Of a DNA stretch of 64,000 nucleotides, positions 25,600 to 37,720 are shown one piece after another (position 1 is the first letter of the stretch; the number at the start of each line of letters is the position of its first letter). The stretch comes from Octopus sinensis. Lineage: Eukaryota. Under the pieces are notes generated by a model. That model made no database searches and was not told where the DNA came from. It saw nothing but the letters and a program-made list of their open reading frames with translations. The stretch spans positions 50,034,001 to 50,098,000 of the forward strand of contig NC_042997.1 of NCBI RefSeq assembly GCF_006345805.1. The letters are read 5' to 3'. Both the position numbers and the translations under genes were made by a program.

Positions 25600-26160
25600 A
25601 AAGTTTTACTCTTTTACTGGTTTCAATTATTGGAATGCGGCCATGCTGTGACCTGCATCAAAATGTTAAGTCGATCAAATCGGCTCCATTACGTATCTTA
25701 AAGATATGGTAATTATCTTATCAGTTTCTCTTTGCCGAACCGCTACGTTATGGCGATGCAAACCAAGCAACACTGTTTGTCAGGCCGCGAGAGACAAACA
25801 CACACACGACACGCTTCCGAACAGTTTCCGTTGATCAAATTCACTCACAGGGTATGGACAACCTAGGGTTTATAGTTGGAGTCACTTGCTTAAGAAGATG
25901 TCATGCAGCAAGACTGAACCTGAAACCACCCGGTTTCAAAGCAAACAACACAGCCATGTCTGCAACAATGCATTGTATCCTCTTAGGCGACGAGCCGACA
26001 GAATCGTTACCGCACCGGCCAAAATGCTTTTACATTCAAGTTCCGCCATGGTTCGCTCTGCCTTTCATTCTTATGGAGTCAATAAAATAAGTACCGCTAG
26101 AGCACTGGGTTCGACTTACCCCCTCCACCGAAATTGCTGACCTTGTGCTAAAATTTGAAA
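25600..26160. mobile_element. Degenerate SINE A (-, 25600-25950) and SINE B (+, 25990-26160)
   Basis: TTTTACTCTTTTACTGGTTTCA..GCGGCCATGCT; TTTGCCGAACCGCTA; CTGCCTTTCATTC..ATAAAATAAGTACC. Confidence 0.65.
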
Positions 26161-26669
26161 CCTATGTATTGTATTCTCTTACCTTTTTGTAACCTCGTGT
26201 ATAAAGCTACTTCGCCCTTTGTCTCCAATTTTGAAATTGTTGTTTTGCAATAAATTTCTCGCATTTTACAAGAGTTAAATTTTACTTTTTTTTTTGTTAT
26301 TATTTTATCTGTGTTTATCTCTACGCATGCTTCTAAATCTCTGCTTATATAAAAATATAAAAAGCCGTCACATGGATTTCTCTACATATTAACAACAATG
26401 TATCTCATTAATAAACAGCTGTCTGGTTTCTTTTCCTGTACATCCTGGAGTCATGTAGGATGTACAATGCAGCAGATTCGTAGGAACCCACACGAAATTC
26501 CGTGAAAATATGTTATCTAACAATTATTTCAATTTTCTACATTTTAAAATTAATTAATGCTGAGTCCATTTTAATAAGTGAGGATTCCGCTCTCAAGATT
26601 TTAGATACTCATGCTGTAAGAAATCTAAGAAAAATCCAAGACGGTTACTAATTCTTTTTTACCCACAAA

Positions 26670-26676
26670 CACAAAC

Positions 26677-26758
<82 letters not shown>

Positions 26759-26972
26759 CACTCACTCATACGCACACACACGCTTGAACAACATACACCG
26801 GGAAGCAATAAGTGAGTCAATGAAGTGAGACCTCTATGTAGTCGCTGGACCTGTTAGACATAGTGCTTAAATCTTCCCCAAATTACAGACTCTTATCTTG
26901 AGGAGGAAATATTACATTTGGTAATATAGACCGAGATACACAAGTATATGACAAACACACATACACACACAT

Positions 26973-27005
<33 letters not shown>

Positions 27006-27149
27006 CACATAGTGTACTGATGTTAAGATCAGCAAAACGTACTCCATCTGGTGATTGACAAATATTATCGAATAAACACTGTACATATTTTAATACATAC
27101 ATACATACATACATACATACATACATACATACATACATACATACATACA

Positions 27150-27178
<29 letters not shown>
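26670..27178. repeat. (CA)n blocks and (CATA)n (27094-27178)
   Basis: Direct reading. Confidence 0.9.
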
Positions 27179-27180
<2 letters not shown>

Positions 27181-27221
27181 GTTACTTACCAAATTTGATC
27201 CACCAGAAATATGTGTGTATG

Positions 27222-28340
27222 TATTTTATTGTTCAGTTTATTTCAAGATTTCTTGCCAATAGAGGAAGAGCCGGTTTCTCATGGAATTTAAACATCAACA
27301 ACAGGGTATTTTTGTTTGTTTGTATGTATGTATGGTAGCAGATTTGTATGCTTTGCTATTTGTATGTATTATCATTCATATAGTTGCATATCTCGACATG
27401 CTCATATATATTTAAATGATAAACTTCTGGGAAGTTTTACAGACAGTTCCAGTCATGGATTGGATCTATAGTCTTCGAATTAGCTTCATCCTTTCTTGTT
27501 TTGAGAAGCCTAATGTTTCAAGATTGGTGTTTAGTCAGTGTGTTACAAGTCTAAGGGCCTCAATAATTACAGGTATAAACCTGAACATGTAATCTGGATA
27601 GAGTGACTGCAGATTTCTCAATAATTCAGCGTAGGTATTCTCATTTTCACTGATGTTCAGCTTTAGTGTTAACATCTGCTGGGTAGGTAATTTCCACAAC
27701 TGTACACAGGTTCTCTTCTTTATACCAAATCATTATATCAGGTATGTTGCGCTTACATTTTATTGAGGTCTTCACTGGGACATTCCACCAATACGCCTTT
27801 CTATTATGAGTGGCTATGGCTTATACTACACAGTGGGTTCTTATTTCTTTGTCCTCGGAATTATACTTCCGACAGATTTCATTATAGAGTGTCTTAGCTA
27901 CAACATCATGTCTCATCAGTACATAATACCGTGATGACATTTTCGAACAACTGCTTATAATGTGGGTGATATCTTCAGTATTTACTCCATAAAGTCTACA
28001 TCGGTTATCACATTTTACTGCTTTTCCTGCATCACTATCTATTTTGTGCATTAGGTACTTGGTGGATATTTGCTGTTCCTGGATTGCAAATACATACTCT
28101 TCAAAGTAATCTGGTAGTAATCTGGCTATTGGTCCATGATAAACTGCTTTGATGATCGATGTTACTATCATCCCGGAACTTTCTACAAACGTATCCGTGC
28201 ATAGTCTTCTGCTCATATAGGTTCATGCTTTTATCTGATGATACGTTGCGGTAGAGTCGTGCGACTTCTTTGGGCATGTATTCTAGGTTATCAAAGTATG
28301 TTGCTCAAGGAGCTACCTTCCAAATCTCATGTTGTTTTGC
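27222..28340 (-). mobile_element. 5'-truncated divergent RT+REL non-LTR retrotransposon embedded in (CATA)n
   Basis: Minus strand: QKTMHGY, YVFAIQEQQISTKYL, RCRL..EDITHIISSC, MRHDVVAK, YWWNVPVKT..NIPDIMIW..VVEITYPAD, FIPVII; frameshifted. Confidence 0.85.
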
Positions 28341-28460
28341 ATGTATGTATGTATGTATGTATGTATGTATGTATGTATGTATGTATGTATGTATGTATGT
28401 ATGTATGTATGCATGCATGCATATGTGTGTGTGTGCATCTATGTGTGTGTATGTATGTAT
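28341..28460. repeat. (TATG)n
   Basis: Direct reading. Confidence 0.95.
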
Positions 28461-28596
28461 TTATATATTCATGTATGCAAGTCCGCGTCTGTATATTAAA
28501 AATATGAAAATAGACGGCTTAGTTATGGTTGGAACACCTTTGATCAAAGCTCTGGCTTAGGGTTAAACAACACAATACTTAATAAACACAGAGACT

Positions 28597-28648
<52 letters not shown>

Positions 28649-29178
28649 GGCACACACACTTCTATGAAACGCACATGAGCACGTTATTCGTAAAATTTGA
28701 AGAATTCGTTGCTCCCCAAGGAAATATTAAAACAAACACAAAAATAGATTTATTCTGTTGGCTTGGTAATTATTTTCATTATTAAATATATACCTTAAAC
28801 CAGAGTTGACTATCAAAGACCGGAACTTTTCAGATAATCAGTTTATTAATTATACACACACACTCACACGCATAAATACATGCACATGTTTGTATTTATG
28901 TATGTATGTATGTTTGTGTGTTTGTGTGTATGTATGCGTATATGTGTTGCATTCCATTCTATTTTCGGAGCCGTTATTCTAATCCCATTATCGCAAATCT
29001 GGCTTAATAAAAGTATTGTGAGAATGGCCGAGTGGTCTATGGCATCAGGTTCAAGAGCAATCCTTGTTCTTTAATCAGAGCATCAGATATTCTGACCCAC
29101 GATCGTTTGTGTCGTTTCGAACCCCTCTTCTGATGAATAAATATATTACGAACCAATGAAAAATCCAAGCCTCTATAC

Positions 29179-29469
29179 CTGTCAAGCACAACCTGTGGCC
29201 CGCAAAGGCATTTTGTGCGGCCCACAAACCATTTTGCAAAGACTTTGCTATTTTAATAAATAACTGAAAATTAACATAGCGAACTTCATGTACCACAATC
29301 ACACACTGAAAACATACTAGTATTTATCAACTTTTATTATTATATTTCTTTTCTTTACTACTGTTTTTGTATGTTTCTTGATCATCCAAGTTATATGATA
29401 TACTTTGCGGCCCGCCTTGAGTGAGTGAATTTATGATTTGACCCTTTGGACGAAAAAGGTGCATCCCTG
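29179..29469. mobile_element. hAT-type MITE
   Basis: Near-identical 8-bp TSDs CTCTATAC (29171-78) / CTCTACAC (29470-77); degenerate short TIRs; GGCCCGC subterminal motifs. Confidence 0.6.
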
Positions 29470-29869
29470 CTCTACACGGTTGCTCAAATTCCTACTATTA
29501 GCAACTAAGGCCATACTATCTTTGAAAAAGAGGAACGATGTAATCGTAGATATGTAAAACGTTGGAAGGGTCTTGACTGGATAGCTTTTGACCATACGAT
29601 TGCTTGATCAAGACTGACTTGGGTTAAACAGCAACAACAAGTGGTGTATGAAAAAAATTGATTTTCTTTACTCTATATCAACTGCTGGAATGAAGCGTTT
29701 TAAAAGGGGGAGAAATCTCCAGAAAAATATATCAAATTTACTGTTAATCTCATTTCCTTCAATGCAGCTAACTTAATTCACGCCCACAAAGACCTCTAAA
29801 GCAATTGGCAAAAATATGTCATACTTTTTCGAATCATTTTGGCGACATATGCAGCTACAAGCAAATATA

Positions 29870-30060
29870 AACATTCTCTTGGTACTTTCATCTTTGACCC
29901 AGCAGAATACCCAGGTTGCAACAACTGGAAAAGGGGTTAGAACTGCACTAGCACCCGACTGGGGCGGATAAAGGTTGAATGGATGAGAGCAACATAAAGT
30001 GAAGTGCTTTGCTCAAGGATGCAACGTGTCACTCGGCCCAGGAAGGGACTCAGGATATTT
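29870..30060 (-). mobile_element. Degenerate head-C SINE
   Basis: GCAACATAAAGTGAAGTGCTTTGCTCAAGGA..CCCAGGAA matches the head C reverse complement. Confidence 0.55.
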
Positions 30061-30478
30061 TGATCATAAACTCGTGAGCTGCATCGATTTCAGTTGTCTC
30101 GGAAAGCTTGTAAAGGTTATAGGCTCCATTCTTCTCTTGATTAATCAATAACAAACAAGCATAGCCACCCTCTTAGTATATATTATAAATGAAGAGAGGC
30201 AAAACAATGCCAATATTCTGATTCTCAAACCTGTGGGTGGATGGATGGATGTGAAGAGATACGGCAGCACATCGGATGACTGAGCGACCCTTTCTACGGA
30301 AAATGCTGCTCACCTGTTAAAATAAGAAATGGACCTGAAAAACGTGGTCTCAATAAAGTGTGCCTCATTTTGGAACAGGCCAGTAAAGCCGCAGCTGACG
30401 AAATATAGTAACATCTAAGAAAAGTGTTCCTTTCAAAATGTGAGTTTTACCACACAAGATTCTCTTACAGTATAAAAC

Positions 30479-30559
<81 letters not shown>

Positions 30560-30562
<3 letters not shown>

Positions 30563-30730
30563 CTTTTTTCTCTCCTTGTTTCTCTCCTTGTTTTTTCTGT
30601 GTCCCTTTCTGTAGAAGAGCGTAGGCTCGAAACGTAAAAGACTTTTTCTATTCTTGAGCGTTATACTAATACATCTGTTTGTTTTGTACACCACCTGTCT
30701 TGGTCTTTTGTTTTTTTCGTAAACTCTCCT
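30560..30730 (+). mobile_element. ~170 bp Penelope pLTR-like unit with a hammerhead-like motif, inside (TA)n
   Basis: (TA)n on both sides (30482-30560, 30731-30757); homolog at 33650-33840 (-); motif at 30605-30640. Confidence 0.65.
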
Positions 30731-30839
30731 TATATATATATATATATATATATATATCATTAAAGTTGACCCCACCACACACCCTTCACAAACTGTTACT
30801 CATAATTTTACGTAACAATTCACAGTTTCGACAATGGTT

Positions 30840-31050
30840 TGAAATTTTGGCACAAGGCTGGCAATTTAGGGGTTGTGGGTAAGTTGATAACATCGACCCC
30901 CAGTACTCAGCTGGTACTTATTTAATCGACCCATGAAAGGATGAAAGTTAAAGTCGACCTCCGCGGAATTTGAACTGAGACTGCAAAGACGGACGAAATG
31001 CCGCTAAGCGTTTTTTACAGAAGTACTAACGATTCTACCCGCTCACTGCT
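30840..31050 (-). mobile_element. SINE family B
   Basis: ATCGACCCCCAGT..GGTACTTATTTAATCGACCC..AAAGTCGACCTCCGCGGAATTTGAACT. Confidence 0.85.
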
Positions 31051-31567
31051 TTCGCACAGTTGTGACAATATAAGTTCTTTATAGTTAGTATTAGGACAAG
31101 GAACTGCCCAGCCATCTGAATGCTTGTCCGGCCCTTAATTAATCCGGCTAATTGTAATTTTGAAGTTCCACTGTCAATATTGTAATATTAAGTTTTAAAT
31201 AAATATACACTTTCGCCAAAGGACTCAAGACTGCATATGGTTGTGTAACCTGAAACATCAACAAAGTGTAAAATTTTATTAAAGCTGCAGAGAGGTGGTC
31301 CCTTAGATAAATGTTGAAGGTGTACAGTAGAGATAGGGTGAGGTCGTTAGACGAGCGAAGACCATCAGGAAGTTTCTTAATAACATAAGAAAACAATAGG
31401 TTCACTTTAATGAACCTGTTAGAAGAATAGTTTTCAGAGCTGGGGAAGTTGGTAAGAGAAGCTTCTCGATGGCCTTCTCAGTTGGCCTCAGTAAGAACAG
31501 GCCGATAACACGCCAAGTAGTGTGTGGAGGTTCATGATAGCTGTCATCTGTAGGACAGGGCATATAA

Positions 31568-31940
31568 AGGAGAAGAAGAAGAAGAAGAAGAAGGAGGAGG
31601 AGGAGGAGGAGGAGAAGAAGAAGAAGAAGAAGAAGAAGAAGAGAAGAAGAGAAGAAGAGAAGAAGAAGAAGAAGAAGAAGACGAAGAAGAAGAAGAAGGA
31701 GGAGGAGGAGGAGGAGGAGAAGAAGAAAGTGAAGAATGAGAAGGAGGAGAAGAAGAAAAAGAAGAAGAAGAAGAAAGTGAAGAAGGAGAAGAAGGAGAGG
31801 AGAAGAAGAAGAAGACGAAGAAGAAGAAGACGAAGAAGACGAAGAAGAAGGAGGAGGAAGGAGAGGAGAAGAAGAAGAAGAAGAAGAAGAAGAAGAAGAA
31901 GAAGAAGAAGAAGAAAAAGAAGAAGAAAAAGAAGAAGAAG
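31568..31940. repeat. (GAA)/(GAG) polypurine run
   Basis: Direct reading. Confidence 0.95.
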
Positions 31941-32501
31941 AAATACTCTCTATACTAGTTTGTGTGCTATGATTTATTCAGTGGAATTAGCTAACATTTC
32001 GTAAAACAGGTAACTACAGGTAATCATTGTTATCAGTTGTTAGGTAATTAACAGAATTTCTTCATAACAGTGAAAGAGCTAATATACTTTTTCCCTTCAT
32101 GAAATAATACAATACTTCTTATATATATATTATATATAAATATTTACTTTAATGGCGATTAGAAAGAAATTCGCGTGCTTACTCCGACGAACACAATGCG
32201 GAGAGATATACAAATAGGTGCACAAAAGAAAATGAGTTGTAACTTTGTTTGTACGTATGTGACGATTGGCAGATGCATTGCGTTATCGATAAATAATTGA
32301 CGAGTAACTTCATTAAGTTGCCCCACCTCTGCTCAAATAGACTCTCCGAAAATAACATCGGGGGAAGATAAAAAAAGAAAACTAAGAGGAAACTTCTCTG
32401 AGATATCATTTTTAGAATACGCTAACGGAGATGAAGTGTGCAGGGTGTGTTCAAGCGACGGAACGAGATATAGAAGATTTATAACAATTAGAAAATAGGA
32501 G

Positions 32502-32502
<1 letters not shown>

Positions 32503-32532
<30 letters not shown>

Positions 32533-32643
32533 GTCAAACACACACACACACAGAGACAAACACACACACATACATACATACATACATACATACATACATA
32601 CATACATACATACATACATACATACATACATACATACATACAT
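32503..32643. repeat. (CA)n then (CATA)n
   Basis: Direct reading. Confidence 0.95.
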
Positions 32644-32644
32644 G

Positions 32645-33505
32645 CGAGGTGCATTCCAGAAGTTTTGAGACCATTTTAGGAGAGGCAGTTGTAACAGTCC
32701 TAGATTATTGTAATTTTAGTAAATCATTACTATACATGTAATAAGTTGAGCCGCCAACTTTTGTTATTCTAGATTGAAGGAGACGTTTGTAACAGCTCTT
32801 TGAACACTGTTTATCAAAGCTGACCAGTGTGCAGAATACAATCAAGACGTTTGGGTCAAACTGGACAAAAACGCTACAAAGACTTAATGAAATACTCCAG
32901 ACTGTTTATAGATTAAGTTTTTCGCTGACACAAGAAGTTCAACGACGGTAGAGAGGAAGTGGGAGAGGGGAGAGACAATGAGAAGTGTGGGAGGGAGAGG
33001 AAGGTCAGTATATCAGAGCTGATTGAGAAAATCTGCTATTTTCCGGATGAAGATCGTGTGACTTATAAGGACAGCAAGCATGCAGTTTGGAATTGATGTG
33101 GTAACTGTACACCGAATTATTCATGAAGAGCTGAACATGTTCAAAATCTGTGGAAGGTTTGTTCCTAGAGTGCTCAGTGACAAGCATCTTGGCAACCAAC
33201 TATTCGACAAAGGTGGGCATCAAAACTGTCCATCAGCCCCTACAGTTCAGAACTTGCTCTCTGTGACTTTTGGCTGTTCCCCAAGCTTCCCTATGCTGAA
33301 GGAGAACCTCGGGATGAATGATGCTGTGACAAGAGCCCTGGACAACTTCACTTTGGAGGACTCCCATGGGACTTTCACGTAGTGGTCGGGGCGCTACAAC
33401 AATCGCATTGAGGTAGAGGATCCTGCTTTCAAAGAGATTAGAATTTTGTACTTCGTTGAAATTGATGTGTCTTGCAAATGTTTGAAAACTTCTGGAATGC
33501 ACCTT
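32645..33505 (+). mobile_element. Internally deleted mariner transposon
   Basis: TIRs C(G/A)AGGTGCATTCCAGAAGTTTT at both ends; relics VFR*HKKFNDGRE, VHRIIHEELNMFKICGRFVPRVL, PYSSELALCDFWLFPK. Confidence 0.85.
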
Positions 33506-33649
33506 GTAACTGTAAGTTAAAAGGGTCATTATATATACATACATGAAGACACACACACAGACACACACGCAGAGACAAACACACACAGAGACAAACACAC
33601 ACACACACCACACACACACACACAATGCACCTTGTATCTCATATATATA

Positions 33650-34105
33650 GTTCAAACAAAAGACGACGACAGGAGAAAGTACAGCAAGCAGGTGTATTAG
33701 TTAAAACTCGGGAAAAATGGAAAAGTCTTTGACATTTCGAGCCTACGCACTTTGATAGAAATGATTAAGAGGGAAAAATCCGGAGAGAGAGAGAGAGAGA
33801 GAGAGGGAGAGAAACCGAGAGAGAAAAAGATGTGTAGGAATTAACGGTTCAGCATGATGAATATATACGTATTTTAACAAGCTCCCTGGCTAATCGCGAC
33901 ACCAATGCCTGTTCTGGCATTGATTTTCTCTATATCGTTGGCAGGGGATGCGTCGCTGTTATCTCTAGTGGTAGAGCGCCCATCATTGGCGAGACCAAGG
34001 AAGGTCAAAATCATGTGATCTGGTGGTCTCGGTCCTGGAGATTGTAGGGATTTATCTCCCCGCTACCAATAAAATTAAGCGAACATTTTTGCACCAACAG
34101 CCCAG
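33650..34105 (-). mobile_element. Second pLTR-like hammerhead unit plus upstream segment repeated at 47535-47722
   Basis: 33727-33762 is a degenerate reverse complement of 30605-30640; 33908-34105 is homologous to 47535-47722. Confidence 0.6.
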
Positions 34106-34879
34106 ATGAGAGTTTCTCTCATGGTATCTACCACAGTAAAGCTTGTTCTAACAGAAAATTCCCGTTTAAGTGGGAATAAATATTACCTCTTGCTATTAAT
34201 ACTGCCTCGCTAATATATATATATACTTTTTGTATTGTCTGAGGCTGAGCAACAGGATGCGTAAAAATGGTAGGACGGGTTGTGCCTGGCGTGTTGTTCA
34301 TTCCCTCCAATATAATGTGCTTGATCGGCAGCATGGTAGGAGGACAGGCTGTTACCAATGTCGCGAGTACCTCCTTCTCTACCTCACTGATGGATCCAAA
34401 GGAAGAGCTCAGCTGTTACAGTTCTGCTCCAGCGCCATCACGTGATTTTTCAGAACGAGGTCGTAGCCAACGTCGAACTGCCACAGGGGCAGTTTTTTTA
34501 TATTAAATAAAAAAATGTTTTTTACAAGGATTACTCTCGAAACTTTGTTCATGGCTGGATATAGCCACAAGCCAGCAGAGGTTTAGAATCAGAGTTTTCC
34601 TTCTAGATGATTTACTCCAGCACCAAACTAACAAGCTTCATCAACCCGACTGTGTTGCTCTTTAAACTATAACTGGGACCCCGATAGATGCTATTACTCC
34701 GGATCAGAGCAGACTTCAGAACGATAGTGACTAAGAGGTAGCTTAACACTTCTCAAAACACTGGAACTCCTGAACCAGAGCCCCACAACTAAATGCAGCT
34801 TAAAGTCATACCCAGGACAAATTTATGCATGTAATTCTTGGTGTGCTCGGTGTTGTAAATATATTGTTAAATAAAATAA

Positions 34880-35125
34880 TAAATGCGCCCTTTTGAAGCT
34901 ATAAAAGTCGACCCGGTTTCCCGGTTTCAATGGCGTAAGTGTTCCCCAGCTGGACGGGACGCCTGTCCATCGCAGCATTATTCATTTTTGCCAGCTGAGT
35001 GAACTGGAGCAACGTTAAATGAAGTGCTTTGCTCACGAACACAACGCGTCGCCAGTCCAGGAATCGAAACCACAATCTTACGATCAGGATGCTGACGCCC
35101 TAACCACTAAGCCACGCGCCTTCAC
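34880..35125 (-). mobile_element. tRNA-derived SINE, head C + V-like tail
   Basis: GAAGGCGCGTGGCTTAGTGGTTAGGG..GCGATGGACAGGCGTCCCGTCCAG..GAAACCGGGAAACCGGG. Confidence 0.85.
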
Positions 35126-35539
35126 ATATTGTTAAATAGTAATCTTGAAAAAATTAAGACTTAATCAAAGAAAGCGACCAGCTAGCACAGGATTTGTAAA
35201 TACAGTCTGTAACCGGAACAGTAAAAATATGCAAGCCTTGAAAAGTCCAGCATGTATCTCCGTTTTGTTATCCAAATTCCTGCGATGAAGTTTTTTTTTT
35301 GGAACCAGTTCCTTTCCAACATCAAGAATTTAAATATTTTTAAAAGAAAAATAACACAATTTCTCACATATATGCATAGATGCATACATACACACATAAA
35401 TATATGCATGTACGCATATTTATATGTAGTATATATGCATAAATACAAGAATACATACTCACGCATATATATATATATATTTTTTTTTTTTAAATTTTTT
35501 ATTTTTTAATTTTATCTAGTTTCAGCTCACGAGCTGTGG

Positions 35540-35691
35540 CCATATATATACACACACACATATATATATATATACATATACATATACCTATATATATATA
35601 TACATATATGTATGTATATGTATATAGAACATAATATAGTATATGCATGTATGCATATATAATATAATATAATATAATATAATATAATATA

Positions 35692-35784
<93 letters not shown>

Positions 35785-35800
35785 ATACATATAAACACAT
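35540..35800. repeat. (TA)/(AATAT)/(TG) compound repeat
   Basis: Direct reading. Confidence 0.9.
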
Positions 35801-36467
35801 ACACATATATTCATACAGACATACACGAACGTATACATTCGTTGAAATCTATAGTCTTGTTGCGTGATTGAACATAAAGTGTAATCTATGAATGCTCTTC
35901 TCTCCAGGACTTAGTTTGAAGACAAATGTTATGGCAACCAGCAAGCAAGTGGATGAAAAAGAAGTAAGCATGAAGCAATACTAAACAAATGCCCTTTAAT
36001 AAATAAAACATTTCTCGCTGCAGAAGTCTTGTGACAGTTATAACAAAGCAACTGAGAGACATTTCAGCTTTTTTTCTTTTCCGAAGATATTTGCGCCTTG
36101 CAGAGTGTTGTCAGTACTATAGACGTAGACAATAACGTTGTGAAACTAAAAATACAATATCGGATCTGTTGCTTAAAGATGTGATATAACTTAACTTACA
36201 TTATAAGAAGCAATGCACACAAACACACACACACATACACACACACAGACACAGACACACACACATACACACACACACACACACAGACACAGACACAGAC
36301 ACACACACACACACACAGGGTCAGGGACGCTTATACGCAGTAACATTTCTAAAGCGTATATTGTGTGTGCTGTTTACAGTCTTGATAGCTGAGAAGCGAC
36401 CAATTGGCAAATGTCACATAAACGACAGAAGTTTCGAAAAGATACATGTAGTCGTTGGTGAGCTGGC

Positions 36468-36833
36468 AGAATCGTTAAAGCGTCGGAAAAGTACGTTGCT
36501 ATATTTCGTCGAGTTCAACATTGCCTTCATCCCTCCAGGATCAAAAAAATACGGCAGCAATCAAACGACTGGCCTTGTATCTAAATTAGAAAGCATTATA
36601 CCTATTTCTTTACTACCTACAAGGGGCTAAACACAGAGAGGACACACAAGGACAGACAAAGGGATTAAGTCGATTACATCGACCCCAGTGCGTAACTGGT
36701 ACTTAATTTATCGACCCCGAAAGGATGAAAGGCAAACTCGACCTCGGCGGAATTTGAACTCACAACGTAACGGCAGACAAAATACGGCTACGCATTTCGC
36801 CCGGCGTGCTAACGGTTCTGCCAGCTCGCCGCC
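36468..36833. mobile_element. Tail-to-tail SINE B copies (+ 36468-36590 partial; - 36595-36833)
   Basis: GGTGAGCTGGCAGAATCGTT head on +; full core and tail on -. Confidence 0.85.
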
Positions 36834-36849
36834 CTTGTTAGAACGCATT

Positions 36850-36945
36850 ATACCGTATATACTCGAGTAACAGTCGATCTCATGTTTTTGGCCAAAAAAT
36901 TGGGTATTTTCCATAGACCCCGTATAAAAGTCGACCCTGGTATTT
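36850..36945 (+). mobile_element. Possible Tc2/pogo-like transposon end
   Basis: TACCGTATATACTCGAGT..GTCGA and CGTATAAAAGTCGACCC resemble Tc2-type termini; no partner TIR found. Confidence 0.4.
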
Positions 36946-37504
36946 AACGAACAATAGGACAACATTTGTGGGCCAAGGTACCGTATTATCCTGTACGTAC
37001 AAATAACACTGTCACAAAATTGTGAGGCTACCTCACTGTAGTCTGCTCGGTGCTTATAGTAAAACACCATTTAATAGCAAGCACTACGCATCTGTTGATG
37101 GGTGCTACATCACCATTACTAATATCTATGCTCAGTCTATGCTGCAAGCCTGCATACATCTTCAAGCAAAATAAACACATGCGTCATACACTCGTTGTTT
37201 ACATGGTGAGAATCGTGTTTAATGGACAGCACTATCGGCGAACACTAGCAAACGCTACTGTCTGAATTCGTACAAAGGCCTGAAGATGGCTGTTGATCAA
37301 AAGAGGAGAGCCATGGGGTAGCTAGTTGACCATCTAGACACAAGCTAGGGTCTGATCAGCCCCAGCTGGGTCACCTGGAGGAGGGTGTATGATGTTGAAA
37401 GATCCGAAACACCCGATGATACCAGTCACATCACCGGAGATGTGTCTTCTCCAGATACATCAGTCATTGATGTATGCACTCAATGAACAGTAATGACAAG
37501 TTGG

Positions 37505-37720
37505 GGCAGAATCGGTAGAGCATCGGACAAAATGTTTTACGGTATTTATTCTTGCTCTCAACATTTTGAATTGAATCCCGCCGAGGTTGAACTTTGCCTT
37601 TCGTCTTTTTTTTTGGGGGGGGGGAGGGCGATAAATTAAGTACGAGGCATCTTCTTGAGTTAACGGTATCGATTGATCCTACTCCACAACATTGCTGGCC
37701 TTGTGCTAAATAAGAAATTA
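37505..37720 (+). mobile_element. Degenerate SINE B
   Basis: GGCAGAATCGGTAGAGC..CCGCCGAGGTTGAACTTTGCCTTTCGTC. Confidence 0.7.

Noticed and set aside
29095-29140. CTGATGA / CGTTTCGAA hammerhead-like words
   Set aside because: No consistent stems I and II on either strand
34560-34830. Segment that looks like a dispersed LINE/SINE-related repeat (also 37290-37470, 43760-43900, 44300-44470)
   Set aside because: Single copy in the window and no decodable protein motif
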